Assembly: GCF_004010195.1 (NCBI RefSeq)
Contig: NC_057722.1
Coordinates: 39,663,164 to 39,727,163, forward strand
Length of the DNA stretch: 64,000 bases
Reading direction: 5' to 3'
Origin: Chiloscyllium plagiosum
Taxonomy: Eukaryota
Part shown: positions 49,529-63,100 of the stretch, piece by piece
Numbering within the stretch: position 1 is the stretch's first letter
How the letters are laid out: each line of letters begins with the position of its first letter
Notes under the pieces: generated by a model
The model's database searches: none
The model's input: the letters and a program-made list of their open reading frames with translations, nothing else
Told to the model about the DNA's origin: nothing
Translations under genes and position numbers: made by a program

Positions 49529-50860
49529 TCATTGGATCTAGCAGCCAAGGTATCACAACAGCTAAGATCAAGCACGATAGCTCCCAAAATAGTGGCTAAG
49601 TGACCAGGACCAATGCAGACTAAAAACTGCCATCTGAGTGAAAGAAAAACAGATGTCAGCAGCAAACTGTTAGTATAAAGAAGCTTTATGCAGAAACTGC
49701 AGAAAACATGATGCACATCCAACAGACATGTTTGATAAGAAACATGAATAACATATACAGCAAAATTGCATGACCATTCTAGTACACAGGACCAACACCG
49801 AGAGATGTTGCCTACAAATGTGGCAGGCTTAAAATGCTTATTGTAGTGTGAATATTTCAAAAAGACCTCTAAAATTTAAAGCTCAAGTTACTTTTTGCTT
49901 TATACCACATACCAAATTATATAATTAAAAGGTTGTAATGCTCATAACAGGTTTAAATGCTTTCAGTTACATAACAAGTAATTAAACTGAGGCAAATGTA
50001 CAATTTAATTATGATCATCTTCATTTTTGCCATTGTCACAATATGCACCCTACTTGGCAAAGGCTTTGTAGTACCCACCTTGCTTTGGCATGACAATCAG
50101 CAATATCCTTATCATATTTCTCCCTTAGTTTATAAGCTTTGCTGATCAATGACTTCTCTTGTTCACTATATGGATTAGGTTTTTGGTAATGTTCCAAGCA
50201 AATCAAGAAAAAGAAATTCCATCACGCTCAGTGTATAGCAATGGATTGATAGTGACTGTAAAATCACTGTAGAAGTCTTCTAATCCATCCTCCTTCATTA
50301 GTATGATAGGTGTGACCCAATCTCTCACATTTACGGGTTCAAGGACTCCTGCCTTGAATAGTCTCTCAGATTCTGCCTCGACATTTGGTCTGATTACATA
50401 AGGCACTGATCTAGCTTTGCACAATATCTTGCTTGATTCTCATTTTCGATTTTCACCTCCATTCTTACTGGTTTGCCTTTCAGTAAGAGAGGGACCCAGT
50501 ATCAGTTGGTAATGCCAACAATTGTCAGGATATTTAATAACCGCTTCTCTTTGGATTGAGATTCAGAGCTTTGTTCATGCCTTTTTATATCATGTAGAAT
50601 TTATTCACACTCTTCAGTTTCTGTACTTTTGCTGTATCTGTTGTTCATGTTTCCTATCAAACATGGCTGTTAGATGTGCATCATGTTTTCTGCAGTTTCT
50701 ACATACAGCTTCTTTATACTAACAGTTTGCTATTGAGACCTTTTTTTTCACACAGATGGCAGTTTTTAGTCTGTATTGGTCCTTGTCACTTAGCCACTAT
50801 TTTGTGAGCTATTGTGCTTGATCTTAGCTGTTGAGATACCTTGACTGCTAGATCCAATGA
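49529..50860 (-). mobile_element. Gypsy-type gag-pol remnant (~50080-50860) with an inverted copy of its distal part (49529-49770)
   Basis: CKARSVPYVIRPNVEAESERLFKAGVLEPV..DWVTPII..DFTVTINPLL resembles the Gypsy RT N-terminus. Confidence 0.75.
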
Positions 50861-51619
50861 GACTGCTATTTCCAGTGCTTTTTTTAAAGCCCAGGTTCCT
50901 TTCCATCAATAATCACTTCTGGATTACTATGAACTATGTGATACATTTATTAAGTATTCACTTAATTAAAAAGGTGTTCACTTTAAAAGGAAGCAAACTA
51001 GAACAAGTTGTTTCCCTCCAAAATGGTCAATGATGCCATCATGATTTTATGTGTTCAGACTCTTAAAGTGACATTTCAATATACTTGCACAAATACACCA
51101 CAGTTGGATGCAGGAGATTACACAAATAGGGAGAAGAGAGGCCTGAGTGAAAAATGAAAACAAGAGTGAGCATTGCGAAACAGAGAGATTTCTTGAGGAA
51201 CTAATATCAAGCATGGTGTTGATGGGTAAGAGAACACAAGAAGAAGAGTTTTGTATAACATCAAGTTATCATGGGGTAGAACACTTAGGGCTGGACAGGA
51301 CTATGTTGGAATGCCACATTTATTATGAATGCCACAAGGATTAGAGCGTTGCAAAGCAATGGCACTACATAGTGATGGAATGCCTGTCACAAAGATGGCA
51401 CTGCTGACATCATTGCACTGATTACACACATAGCAGTAACAAAATGTCACATGTTTCTGAGGGATCTTGTCTGGCCTAGGCTTCCATTCCTTCTGAACTG
51501 CCATTTGTCCCTCATAGTGAGAAAATAACTGAAAAAAATGTACTCGCTTGGCTTTTCTTTTTCATTAAACTTGCTGAAGTAGTTTGAAGAGGCAATACAA
51601 ACTGGTTTTCCACTAGGGT

Positions 51620-52180
51620 ACATAGAAATATAGAAAATGGGAGCAGGAATAAGGCATTTACCCTTTTGAGACTGTTCTGCCATTCAATAGGATCATCACC
51701 GAGCATCCATCTCAGTACCCACTTAGTTCGCACTTTTGCCCAATATTCTTTGATCCCTTTAACTCATTTAACTCATTCTTGAAAACATCCAATATTTTGG
51801 CCTCATCTACTTTTTGAGGCAGTGAATTCCACAGGCTCACTACTCTCTGGATGAAGAAATTTCTCATTTCGGTCCTAAATGACTTACCCTGTATCCTTAG
51901 ACTGTGACTCCTGGTTTTCAACTCCCTCGGTCATCGGAGCCATCCTTCCTGCATTTATGTTGTATTGTATGGTTAGAATTTTATAGGTTTCTATGAGATT
52001 CAATAGCCCTTACACTATCATTCTTCTTCACCCAAGCGTATAGAGTCTTAACTGATCCTGTATGTTTGCATACTTGCCACCCCAGGAATCAGACTGATAA
52101 ACTTTTGTTGCACTTTCTCCACAGACAGATATCCATCTTCAGATAGGGAGACCAAAACTCAACACACTACTCCAGCTTAA
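51620..52180 (-). mobile_element. CR1 3' end
   Basis: KTRSHSLRIQGKSFRTEMRNFFIQRVVSLWNSLP. Confidence 0.85.
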
Positions 52181-53379
52181 ATTTAAAGATGATGTGCTTC
52201 TCCTGTTGCACATCAATCCACAGATGAAGGGTGACATTACACAATTGGCTGCATGCAGTCCCTGGCCTCAACTCCACTCTAGTTCATTAGACAGATGCAC
52301 ATAAGCAAATGCAGTTGTGGGCCTGTGTTTCCTATTCTGCTCATGCGCCAATGGTGACATTATTACACACAGAACATTGTGACATATTTTCACATGCTCT
52401 GGAGATCATTTTAAGGGCCATCTTTGTATTTGGGCCAATTAGTTTGATGTTAGAACAGTAAAGAGAATACATGGATGAGTCTTTCAGAAGTAAATAAGCT
52501 GAGGCAGAGTGATTGTAAGCTGATGTTTTGGAGGTGGAAATAATAGTCTTTGTGATAGAACAGTAATGTAGTCATCTAGGTTGTGAACAGATTAAATGTG
52601 AACCCGTAGGAAATGGGGGCTGGAGCAGATGGCTCTTTATACTTGCTCTGCCATTCAATAAGTTCATGGCTGGTCTGGTTGTGTAATTTTCTCTACTTTC
52701 CTACTTATTTCCCCCATAACTCTTGAGTTTCCTGTAGTTAAACAATCTGTATTTTTTTGAAGTCTTGAATTTTTCAACTTAGCTCCCAAAATGTAGAGAA
52801 TTAGCACATTTCACAATGGTCTATAAGAAGACATTCCTCCTTATTTTTATGGACAACCCTTTGTTCAGAAACTGTGCCCTCAAAGCTGGAATCCCTCACA
52901 AAGGTGTTTGTTGTATCATTTGCCGGTGAAAGATACATAATTAGTAGCTACAGGCTAAGTTCCCTCTAATTCTTTTCTGTGCAGATCTCCGAGGATAGTG
53001 TGTGGCTGCACCTTCTGAAACTGGAAGTCAGTGCTGAGAATGGTGTCAGCACGCAGATTGAGCACTGATCCTTACAGGGACTGTGCAGCTCAGAGGGAAA
53101 ATGGACAAGGGGTGGACATTAAAGGGGGAATAAAAGATAATGGCTTTGGTGTTCCCAATATTTAAGTGGAGAAATGGTCTTCTCTTCTGGTGCTGGATGT
53201 AAGGTGAAGGGCTACTGCTGCTAATATTTTCTGTGTTTCCAGGATGCTAGTAGAAAACCAGTTTGTACTCAATGCTCCCTATAGTCTTGGTTCAAACATG
53301 GACAAAGGAGCTGAATACTCAAAAAGGTGAGGTGAGACTAACTATAGTTGTCATCAGTTATCTGTAATGAAGAATCAGC

Positions 53380-54900
53380 CCTATGGCCTAATAGGATTAA
53401 GGTGGCTTTACCCAGATTGGTGATGGAAGGAGTGAATGTTTAAGTTGTTGGATGGGGTACTGGTCAAGACGGCTCCTTTGTCCTGTTTGGTATCAGGCTT
53501 CTGGTGTGTTGTTGGAGTTGCATTTTTTCAGGCAAGTGAAAAATATTCCGTCACACGCCTGACATGCCTTGTATGTCGTCGACTCACTCTGGGGAAGACA
53601 GGAGATGCATTTGTTGTCACCAAGTTCTTAGTTCTGACTTGCTTTTGTAGCCACAATAATTATGTGATTTGGTCAGTTTCAATTCACTAGTAATTCCCAA
53701 GATTTTCTCGTGGGTGGTAGTGCTTATAATGCAGTAAATATCAGAGGGAGTTGATAAGATTCCCTCTTTGCAGATAGTCATTGCCTGACACTTGTGTGGA
53801 GTGAATGTCACTTGCACTTATCGATCCATTGATTTGGTTTATTTTTACATGCACCCAAATACAGTGAAAAGCTTTGTTTGCTAGCAGTATAGGCAGATCA
53901 TAAGGTGAAAAAAAAACTTAGACAGAATAAGACATATAGGTTACACCACACAGGCTAGACAGGATCAACATTATTTGAAGTTAGACAGTCCATTCCTCAG
54001 TCTAATAATGGCAGGGAAAAAGCTGCTCTTGAACCTGCTGTTGCATGTGTTCAAGCTTCTGTATCTTCTGCCTGACAGCCAATTCAGCCCAGATTTGAAT
54101 GTTGTCCAATTCTTGTTGCATATGGAAATAGATTGCTTCAGTATGTGAGGTGTTCCAAATGGTTCTGAGCCTTTTGCAGTTATCAGTGAACATCCCTCCA
54201 CCATAAAGTCAGAAGTGGGAAAGGTTATTGATGAAGCCACTGAAGATGGTTGAGTCCAGGATGCTAGCCTAGGAACTCATGCAATGATGACCTGAGACTG
54301 AAGTGTTTGGCTTTCCACAACCACAATCGCTTTCTATTTTCCTAGGTATGTTTCCAGCTAATGGAGAGTTTTCCTCCTAAATTGCATTTGCTTCAATTTT
54401 GTTGGAATGAACTTGGCGTCAAAGGTAGTTATTCTCACCTCAGCTTTTTGAGTGTTCAGCTCTTTTGTCCATGTTTCAACCAAAGCTCCAGAGAGGTTAG
54501 GAGCTGAGTGGCCCTGGCGGAATCCAAACTGCGCTGTGTGATCAGCTTATTATTGTTCAAATGCTACTTGATAGGACTGTCGATGACATCTTCCCCATCA
54601 CTTAAGTGATGATTGAGAGCAGATTAATGAGATAGTAATTAGCTGCATGAGAATTGTCTTGCTTTTTGTGAACATAACATACTTAGGCCATTGTCCATAA
54701 TGTCAGTTAGATGCCAGTATCAGTTGTAAATGTACTGGAACAGCTTGCCTAGTTCTTGGACACAAGTATTCATTACAATTTTTGGGATATTGTCAAGGCC
54801 CACAGCTTTTGCTGTATCCAATGTCTTGAGTAGTTTTGTGATATCACGTGGAGTGAATTAAACTGACTGGGACTGGTATGTTGAAGCCAGGATCTCTCAA
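53380..54900 (-). mobile_element. Old CR1/L2-type LINE with nested Rex1 end
   Basis: QVTFTPHKCQAMTI, HMQQELDNIQIWA. Confidence 0.7.
53826..54077 (-). mobile_element. Rex1/Babar LINE 3' end
   Basis: LSGRRYRSLNTCNSRFKSSFFPAIIRLRN resembles the Rex1 ORF C-terminus. Confidence 0.7.
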
Positions 54901-55230
54901 GTCGGGTTTTAGTAACGTGCACTATTGTTAACTCAACTTTGCTATATTTCACTAAATGAGATTGGCTCATATACTGTAATCAGAAAGGTATTAATGATAC
55001 TTATGGAGGATCATATGTTTTTTTAACCCAGAGGGAAACTGAAAAAAACGTGGTTTAATGGAATTTTTATGTCAGTTGTGCAAAGTGGTTTTTCAGTTGA
55101 ATCTTAACTTGAAGGTTAGTGCATATATAATACTGAAGTTATTTGCCTTTACTGCTGAAAATTTTACATTTTTCATTTATTCTGGTTTTCTCTAAGATTA
55201 AATCAATTTCCTCTTTTGTTTAACTTGCAG

Positions 55231-55356
55231 GAATCTGAAGGTGGTCTTTATGTGTGTATGAGTACTTTTCTCGGGTTTGGAAGGGAACATGTAGAAAGAC
55301 ATTATCGCAAAACAGGGCAATGTGTCTACATGCATCTGAAACGTACCATTAAGGAG
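55231..55356 (+). CDS. USP13: USP13 coding exon 2 (N-terminal ZnF-UBP variant domain)
   Basis: ttgcag | [42 protein letters not shown] | gtaaaa; phase 0/0. Confidence 0.96.
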
Positions 55357-57407
55357 GTAAAAGTGATATCAGTAACAGCCCAGAAAGTTTATTTTGGCAC
55401 GTAGTGAAATTTAAAAGTCACTGTTCACAGCTATCTTTTCATAATTATCTTTAAATGACTTGGATGAATAAAAATATTGCTTATGTGAAAATAATATTGA
55501 AAACTTTGTGATGTACAGGAGTAGTGATGATCAATGTGATTGTGCTTGCATTGTAAGTTGTGAGTATGTTGTTTGATATTCTTTGGTAATTCAAACTTCA
55601 CAAAACAACAATCTCATCCCTTAAAGTAGATTGAATTGTTTACTTTTATGTCACATCATGTTGTGTTGTATTAACTGATCCATTTTAAAATTTCTTTAAG
55701 CTGAATGATTCAACTATATAAGGAACGAAGTTTTGTTTTCCTTTTGTAAACAATCATCTTAATTTTTTTCAATTACCAAGCAAATTAAATTTTCTGCAAC
55801 TTAATTTATAAATTTACAAATTCAATATAGGCACCACTTAAAGGGAGAAAATATTCACTTATGTATGTTTTAAAACAATTGTCTTTTGAGACTTCGTTTA
55901 AAGCCCAAAAGATCCTGAATGGCATTGACCAGTACAACGTGAAAAGGATATTTCCTCTTGGGGTCAGCCTAGAAATAGGGAGCATTATAATAAAATTAGG
56001 GGTCACCTTTATGGGCAGAGACGAGGAAATATTTATCTTCGTCAGTGTTGTGTGACTTTGGAACTCACTTCCTCAGCAGCTGATATTTCTAAGGCAGAGG
56101 AAGATTGACTCCCTTACCTAACAAGAATCGAACCTTACAGGGGATAGATGGGAAGGTGAAATTTGAAAAACAAATAGATCAGCCATGGTCTTATTGAAAG
56201 ACAGAGCAGCTGAATGGTGTACTCCTATTTCATTTGTTTGGATGCATTAATTAATCATCCAGAAACTAGAAGGTGAGGAATCCAACCATATACTGTATTT
56301 TTGGAAGGGAGGTCTGAAGTTGACACATCATGGGTTTGTGCATCCTGACATTGGAATAGTTAGTGATTAAAATTGAAAAATAAGCTGCGATGTAAAACTG
56401 GGTAGTGATCTTTGACGAAATAATGAATTCATTATGTCTACGTTGAAAGGACAATTATTAATGTTGCAGCTCTGTGCAGGAGATGTGGGTCAGGTGGATG
56501 GGGTTGGTCATCGGTGGGGTTCCATCATTAACAATTTGTGTTTGGATTATTTATTTTCATCATCTTTGATAATTGCCTCAGTGAAAACACTGGGAGGACA
56601 ATCTTCTAGCTGATGACTTGAAAAATATGTGAAATCTGTGATCTAAGATAAAATAAATTGTAAGGTAAAGATGTTTGCAGTTGGATCATTTAAGATGGCG
56701 GGTATCTTTCAATGTAAAAAAGCTTGGAATTTTGGATTGGAGTAATTGCAGGCATGCATTTGCCATGAAGCAACGGTTCAAAGACATTAGAGAGGGAAGA
56801 CTTCCTGGAGATTTAGGAGAGAAAATCTCAAAGGTTTTTTTTAAAGAAAAAATTCCAAGTGATAATCCTGAATTTTACATGATTTATCGATTGAGTCATT
56901 GGATATAGTTGACAGCTGATACAGTGCTGAACACCTTTGGTTAACTGACAATAACATTGTTCAAGCAACTTTCTGCTCACTATTGCAGCAAGAGCTCAAG
57001 GCTTGCTGTTTAAACAGAAGCATACAACATTTTATTTTTTTAAAAAGCTACAATTATTTTCTATTGCCATCTTCAGAAGAGTTTGCTGCTGAGTACATAT
57101 TTTTGTTTGAAACTGGTACTTTTTCTATTCCTTTTCCTTGGTGCTAAATTCTACTTTTTGTTTATTTATTTTTATATATATTTATTTGAATGATTTTTCA
57201 TTAACCTTTGATCAATGACTTCATTTAAATGAATATTATGTATCTCTGACACTTAGTTCTTGATGTATAATAAAACTGTGTTTATTTTGAAATTTACATT
57301 TAAAGCTAGATACGGGGAGTTCATGTTTAACCCCATTAGCTTTGCTTTGAGTCATAGAGTTGTACAGCTCAGAAACAGGTCCCTTGGTCCAACTCATCCA
57401 TGCCAAC

Positions 57408-58320
57408 CAAGCCTATTGGATGAAGTCTTAAGTCAGCAATAGAGGCAGTTAGTGTGCTATCAAAGCAATTTTGTTTCATTGATCAGAATTTTTCCTCCTG
57501 GACTCCTGCCAGGTTTTTTAGGTGCTGGATTGTTAACACTTGGCTCAGAGTTTTTGCTTTCGTATTACTAAGTTATTAGGATCAGAAATCATGTTGAGTG
57601 TTGCGGGAGCTTGATTTAAAGTTGTTTACTGCGGTACGTTACGTGATCTGATTGGCTCCATTTGGACATGGCCTCTTTTCTCTATCATACCCGAGATTAC
57701 CCAAAGTCTTCCAACTTGCAGCCTTTCCCCATTCTGCCAAACACAGACTGCATAAGTAGCAGAGATATATTAAAGCTAAAGAGCCTTTCCCATTAAACAA
57801 ATTTTATAATTTCTCATATCCCTATCTACTTTTATATAATAATTTTGTTACTTTCAGTTTGAAAAGAACATTCATGTAACATGGGGCCCGGGCAGCAAGT
57901 GCATCACCTCTGTTATTATTAAGAGGTAAATGTGAAGAGTATCAGATGCTGGTGGAAGGATATGAGGTAAAGATCATAATCTAGGAGCACTTTGAACAAC
58001 TGGAAGAAATGTAATGAGAGTTGAATGACATCAGGGACAAGCAGTCTGATCTCCTGCCTCTGCAGGAGGGGCTTGTTTGGGTATTTCTCATATCTACCAT
58101 CAATATTTTTACAACATAAACAAAATCCTCCATTATTGACTGTGCTTGTCCCCAAATTAACTGGACTTCTCTGGCAAGCCTCTTGAATTAACTGTTAAGT
58201 CAGTCATGGAGACAGTTATTATATGATCAAAGCAATTTTGCTTCATCGATCAGATTTTCTTTTCCCCCTGGACTCCTGCCAGGTTTTTTAGATGCTGGAT
58301 TATTAATACTTGGCTCAGAG
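57408..58320. repeat. Diverged ~140-bp direct repeat (57408-57550 and 58175-58320)
   Basis: atcaaagcaattttg..cctggactcctgccaggttttttag.tgctggatt.ttaa.acttggctcagag in both copies. Confidence 0.85.
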
Positions 58321-58544
58321 ATGATTGGCTTTTTTAAATTTGTCTGTGGTTTAGGGTGTCAAGGTGCTAGAATGTAGTAGAGCAGAATTTTGCTGCCTTG
58401 CTGTCTAGTATCTCTTCTACAGTCAAATTAATGATAATATTAACAATATTATTTGGTTTTCTGCTTATTAAGATGCTAATTTATTGTGAATTTTCTTTCT
58501 GGGATGATCTGTTTTGTAATATTTCCTGAATCAAAATTTGCTTA

Positions 58545-58975
58545 TAACTCTAAACATGGAAGCTGGGAGTTTTTCCTTGAAACATAGGAGACTGAGGGAT
58601 AACCTTATCGAGGTCCATAAAATCATGAGAGGCATAGATAAGGTAGATAGCTGACAGCTTTTTCCCATGGTAAGGGAGTCCAAAACTAGAGGGCATAGCT
58701 TTAAGTGGAGAGAGTAGAGATACAAAAGGGTCCAGGGTAATTTTTTTCACACAGAGGGTGGTGAGTGTCTGGAACAGGCTGCCAAGGGTAGTGGTAGAAG
58801 CGAGTCCAATTTTGTCATTTAAGAAACATTGAGACAGGTACATGGATGGGATAGGTATGGAGGACTATAGACCCAAGTGCAGGGAAACAAGACTAGTTTA
58901 ATTTGTGAAAATTGGGTGGCATAGGCAAGATGGGCCATAGGGACTGTTTCCGTGCCGTAGATCTCCATGACTGTC
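58545..58975 (+). mobile_element. CR1 3' end
   Basis: ggtccataaaatcatgagaggcatagataagg...cacagagggtggtgagtgtctggaac tail. Confidence 0.85.
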
Positions 58976-59163
58976 TGGAAGTAGTGTGCATTGTGAAGAC
59001 AGTAGACTTCAAGAGACCTAGACAAACTGGTGGACCAAATGGCAGATTAAATTTAAGGCATTTACATATGAAATGATACATTTTGGTAGGAAGCACATGG
59101 CAATAAAACTAGAGATGCCATTCGAAAGGGGGTGCAGGAACTGAAAGACCTGGGGGTAGCAAG

Positions 59164-60095
59164 TTTGAAAGGATTTGTAGCTCAGTTTGAGGTTCTGAAT
59201 GTAGGTAAGTCTCCAAACAGCACGCGCACATGCACACGCACACGCACATGCATGCATGCAGCCACAGCCACACACACACAACTTTTTACTGCAACTTTTT
59301 GACAGGTTCCACCTTTGCCCTGTACCGTACAACGTTGGAGAGATTATGTGGGGAAGGGGGGGAGGGGTTTAGGGTACAGCCCTGTGTAGAACTCCAGGGA
59401 AAGTATGGAGGGAGAGAGAGAAGGCAGGCAGACAGTCATTTGGAGACGGTGTCTGTTTAATCACTGTAAACGAAAGACGCGATCACAGTTGGAAACACGT
59501 CTTCGATGTATCGGGGCCTCGAGATCTCCTTAGGATAATCTGATTTTCGGATAATTGGTATTTGGATAATCAAGGTACCCCTGTATAGGTGATTTTCCTC
59601 TGCTCTGTGTAGTTCCTCTGTGCTGCAGTGTATTTTGGCTTGTTGAAATAATATTCTGATGCAGCTTCGTTTGTGGGTGTTGGGATGATTGCTTCTGTAG
59701 TTCAATATTTGGTTCGTATGTGTTGTTTTCCTGTAGACGCTGGTTTGAAGTTCCCCATTGGCTGTTCGAAATACTGTGACATCCAGAAATGGCAGTTTGT
59801 TGTTGTTTTCCTCCTCTTTAGTGAATTTTATGCCAGTAAGGGTATTATTGATGGTCTTGAAGGTTTCCTTTAATTTGTTTTGTTTAGTGATGACAAAGGT
59901 GTCATCCACGTAGCGGACCCAAAGTTTGGGTTCGTTGGTTGGCAGAGCTGTTTGTTCGAGTCTCTGCATTACTGCCTCTGAAGGAAACCTTCAAGACCAT
60001 CAATAATACCCTTTATGGCATAAAATTCACTAAAGAGGAGGAAAACAACAACAAACTGCCATTCCTGGATGTCACAGTAGTTCGAACAGCCAATG
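59164..60095 (-). mobile_element. Penelope RT fragment with a fold-back duplication (59978-60095, +) and a nested DNA transposon
   Basis: PKLWVRYVDDTFVI..IKFTKEEENNNKLPFLDV..VYRKTTHT; same family as 28645-30953. Confidence 0.88.
59207..59583. mobile_element. One end of a Tigger/pogo-like (Tc1/mariner) DNA transposon
   Basis: Revcomp terminus TA-CAGGGGTACCTTGATTATCC with repeated GATTATCC/GGATAAT subterminal motifs; other TIR not found. Confidence 0.6.
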
Positions 60096-60139
60096 TTGAG
60101 AAAGTAGTTAAAAAGTTGTATTGGATCCTGGGATTTTAT

Positions 60140-63100
60140 AAGATCATAATACCAGAAGACAAAGGAGCAGAAATTAGGCCATTTGGCCCATCAAGTCTGC
60201 TCTGCCGTTCAATCATGGCTGATAAGTGAATAACCCCATTCTCCCACTTTCTCCGAAAATCTTTGATCCCCTTGACACTCAAGAACCTATCTTTTTCTGT
60301 CATAAGAATACTCAATGACTTGGCCTTCTTCATCTTCGGTGGCAATGAATTCCATAGATTCACCACTCTCTGGCTGAAGTAATTTCTCCTCATCTCCATT
60401 CTAAAGGATCTTCCCTTTACTTTGGATCCTCGTCTCTCCTGCCAATGGAAAGATCTTTCCAATGTCCACTCTGTCCAGGCCCTTGGCCTTCTTCATCTTC
60501 GGTGGCAATGAATTCCATAGATTCACCACTCTCTGGCTGAAGTAATTTCTCCTCATCTCCATTCTAAAGGATCTTCCCTTTACTCTAAGGCTGTGCCTTT
60601 GGATCCTCGTCTCTCCTGCCAATGGAAAGATCTTTCCAATATCCACTCTGTCCAGGCCGTTCAGTATTCTGTAAGTTTCAAATAGTTCCCCCCCCCATCC
60701 TTCCAAGCTCTATTAGGTATAGACCCAGAGTCCGCAAACATTCTTGATTTGTTAAACCTTTCATTCCTGGGATAATTCTCCAGAATCTCCTCTGGACCCA
60801 CTCCAGGGTCAGTACATCTTTTCTGAGGTATGGGGCCCAAATTTACTCACAATATACAATGTAGAACATTACAATGTAGTACAGGCCCTTTAACCCTCCA
60901 TGTTGTTGTGACCTGTGAAACCAACCTAAAGCCCATCTAACCTACACCATTCCATTATCACCATATGTTTATCCACTGACCATTTAAATGCCCTTAATGT
61001 TGGCGAGTCCACCACTGTTGCAGGTAGGGCATTCCACACCCTTACTACTCTCTGAGTAAAGAATCTACCTCTGACATTTATCCTATATCTATCACCTCTC
61101 AATTTAAAGCTTTATCCTCTTGTGCTAACTATCGTTATCTGAGGAAAATGGCTCTCACCATCCACCCTATCTAATCCTCTGATCATCTTGTAAGCCTGTG
61201 TTAATTCAACGCTTAATCTTCGTCCCTTTAACATAAACACCCTCAGTCCCTCAGCCTTTCCTCATAAGACCTTCCCTCCATACCAGGCATCATCCTGGTA
61301 AATCTGTTCTGCACCCTTTCCAATGCTTCCACATCCTTTCCATAATGCGGCAACCATAAATGTTAGCAATACTCCAAGTGTGGCCGCAGCAGAGTTTTGT
61401 ACAGCAGCATGTCCTCATGGCTCTGAACCTCAATCCCTCTACCAATAATAGCTAACATACCATACGCCCCCTTAACAATCCTATCAACCTGGGTGGCAAC
61501 TTTCAGGGATCAATGCATATGGTCACTGGAATCTCTCGTGACTGAGCATCTTACCATTAGCCCAGTACTCTGTATTCCTGTTGCTCCTTCCAAAGTTAAT
61601 CACCGCAAACTTTTCTGCCATTTCTTTGTTCTCCATTAGGACTTCTCCAGCGGCTCACTGCCCACTTTTGCTTCTCTTTTGCCCTTTATATGTCTAAAGA
61701 AAATCTTGCAATCTCCTTTTCTATTACTGGCTAGCTTACCCTCATATTTAATTTTCTCCCTCCTATTTCTTGTCTTATTGTTGTCAGTTGGTCTTTTTTG
61801 CCTTCCCACTGCCCTTGGTCGAATGATATGCTTTCTCTTTTGCTTTTATGCTATCCCTGACTTCCCCGATCAGCCATGGTTGCCTCATTCTTCTACTCGT
61901 ATGCTTCTTTTTCCTCAGGATGAATTTTTGCTATGTCTCTCAAATTACTCCCAGAAACTCCTGCCATTGCTGTTCATGGTCTTTCCTGCTAGGCTCCTCT
62001 CCCAATCAATTCTTCTGGTCAGCTGCTCCCTCATGCCTCTGTAGTTGCCTTTATTCAACTGTAAACAGTTACATCTGATTCCAGCTTCTCGCTCTCAAAT
62101 TGCAGAATAAATTCTATCATGTTATGGTAGAAATAAGGTAAATAAGCTTGTGGTGTAGTTCAAAATAGGCATGTATGATGTGGCGGGCATCTTGGAGACA
62201 TGGCTGCAAGGGGATCACGAGTGGGAAATAAATATTCAACGATATATATCCTATCGAAAAGACTGGCAGTTGGACAGAGAGGCCTTTTTAGTAAAAGATG
62301 AAATTAAATCAACAGCAAGAAATGTCATAGGATCAGATTATGTATAATCCTAAGGGTTCCTTCACCTTAAGCTTTCTTATCAAGTCTGCCTTATTGCACA
62401 TCACTAAATCCGGAATTGCATGTTCCTGAGTGGGCTCCACCACAAGCTGCTCCAAAAAGCCATCTCGTAGACACTCCACAAATTCTGTTTCTTGTGATCC
62501 ACCTGATTTTCCCAATTCACCTGCACATTGAAGGCCACCATGATCACTGTAACCTTGCCTTTCTAACCCATCTTTTCTATCTCCTGGTGTATCTTGTGCC
62601 CTACATCCTTTCTACTGTTTGGAGGCCTGCATCTAGTTGCCATTATGGTTTTTTCACTTTTGCAGTTCCTCAACTCTACCCACACAGATTATACATAATC
62701 TGACCCTATGTCGTTTCTTGCTATTGGTTTAATTTAATTTTTTTACTAACAAGGCCTCTCTGCCCACCTGCCACTCTTTTCGATAGGATGTAAATCCTTG
62801 GATATTTACCTCCCAGTCCTGATCCCCTTGTAGCCATGTCTCCAAGATGCCCATCACATCATACCTGCCTATTTCAAACTGCAACACAAGCTCATTTACC
62901 TTATTTTGTCTTCTACATGCATTCAAATACAACGCCTTCAGTGATGTGCAGGTCAGGTGAATTGGCCATACTAAATTGCCCGTGGTGTTAGGTGAAGGGG
63001 TAAATATAGGGGAATGGGTCTGGGTGGGTTGCTCTTCAGAGGGTCGATGTGGACTTATTGGCTGAAGGGCCTGTTTCCACACTGTAAGTAATCTAATCCT

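Noticed and set aside
56267-56330. Possible USP13 exon 3 (tag|AAGGTGAGG = KVR...)
   Set aside because: No polypyrimidine tract and similarity stops after three residues; exon 3 probably lies beyond the window
57858-57925. Exon-like segment tttcag...AAGAG|gtaaat in USP13 intron 2
   Set aside because: Peptide does not resemble USP13 and nothing else supports it
59219-59281. (CA/CG)n tract and the Cys/Ala-rich ORFs it produces
   Set aside because: Microsatellite within a transposon fragment
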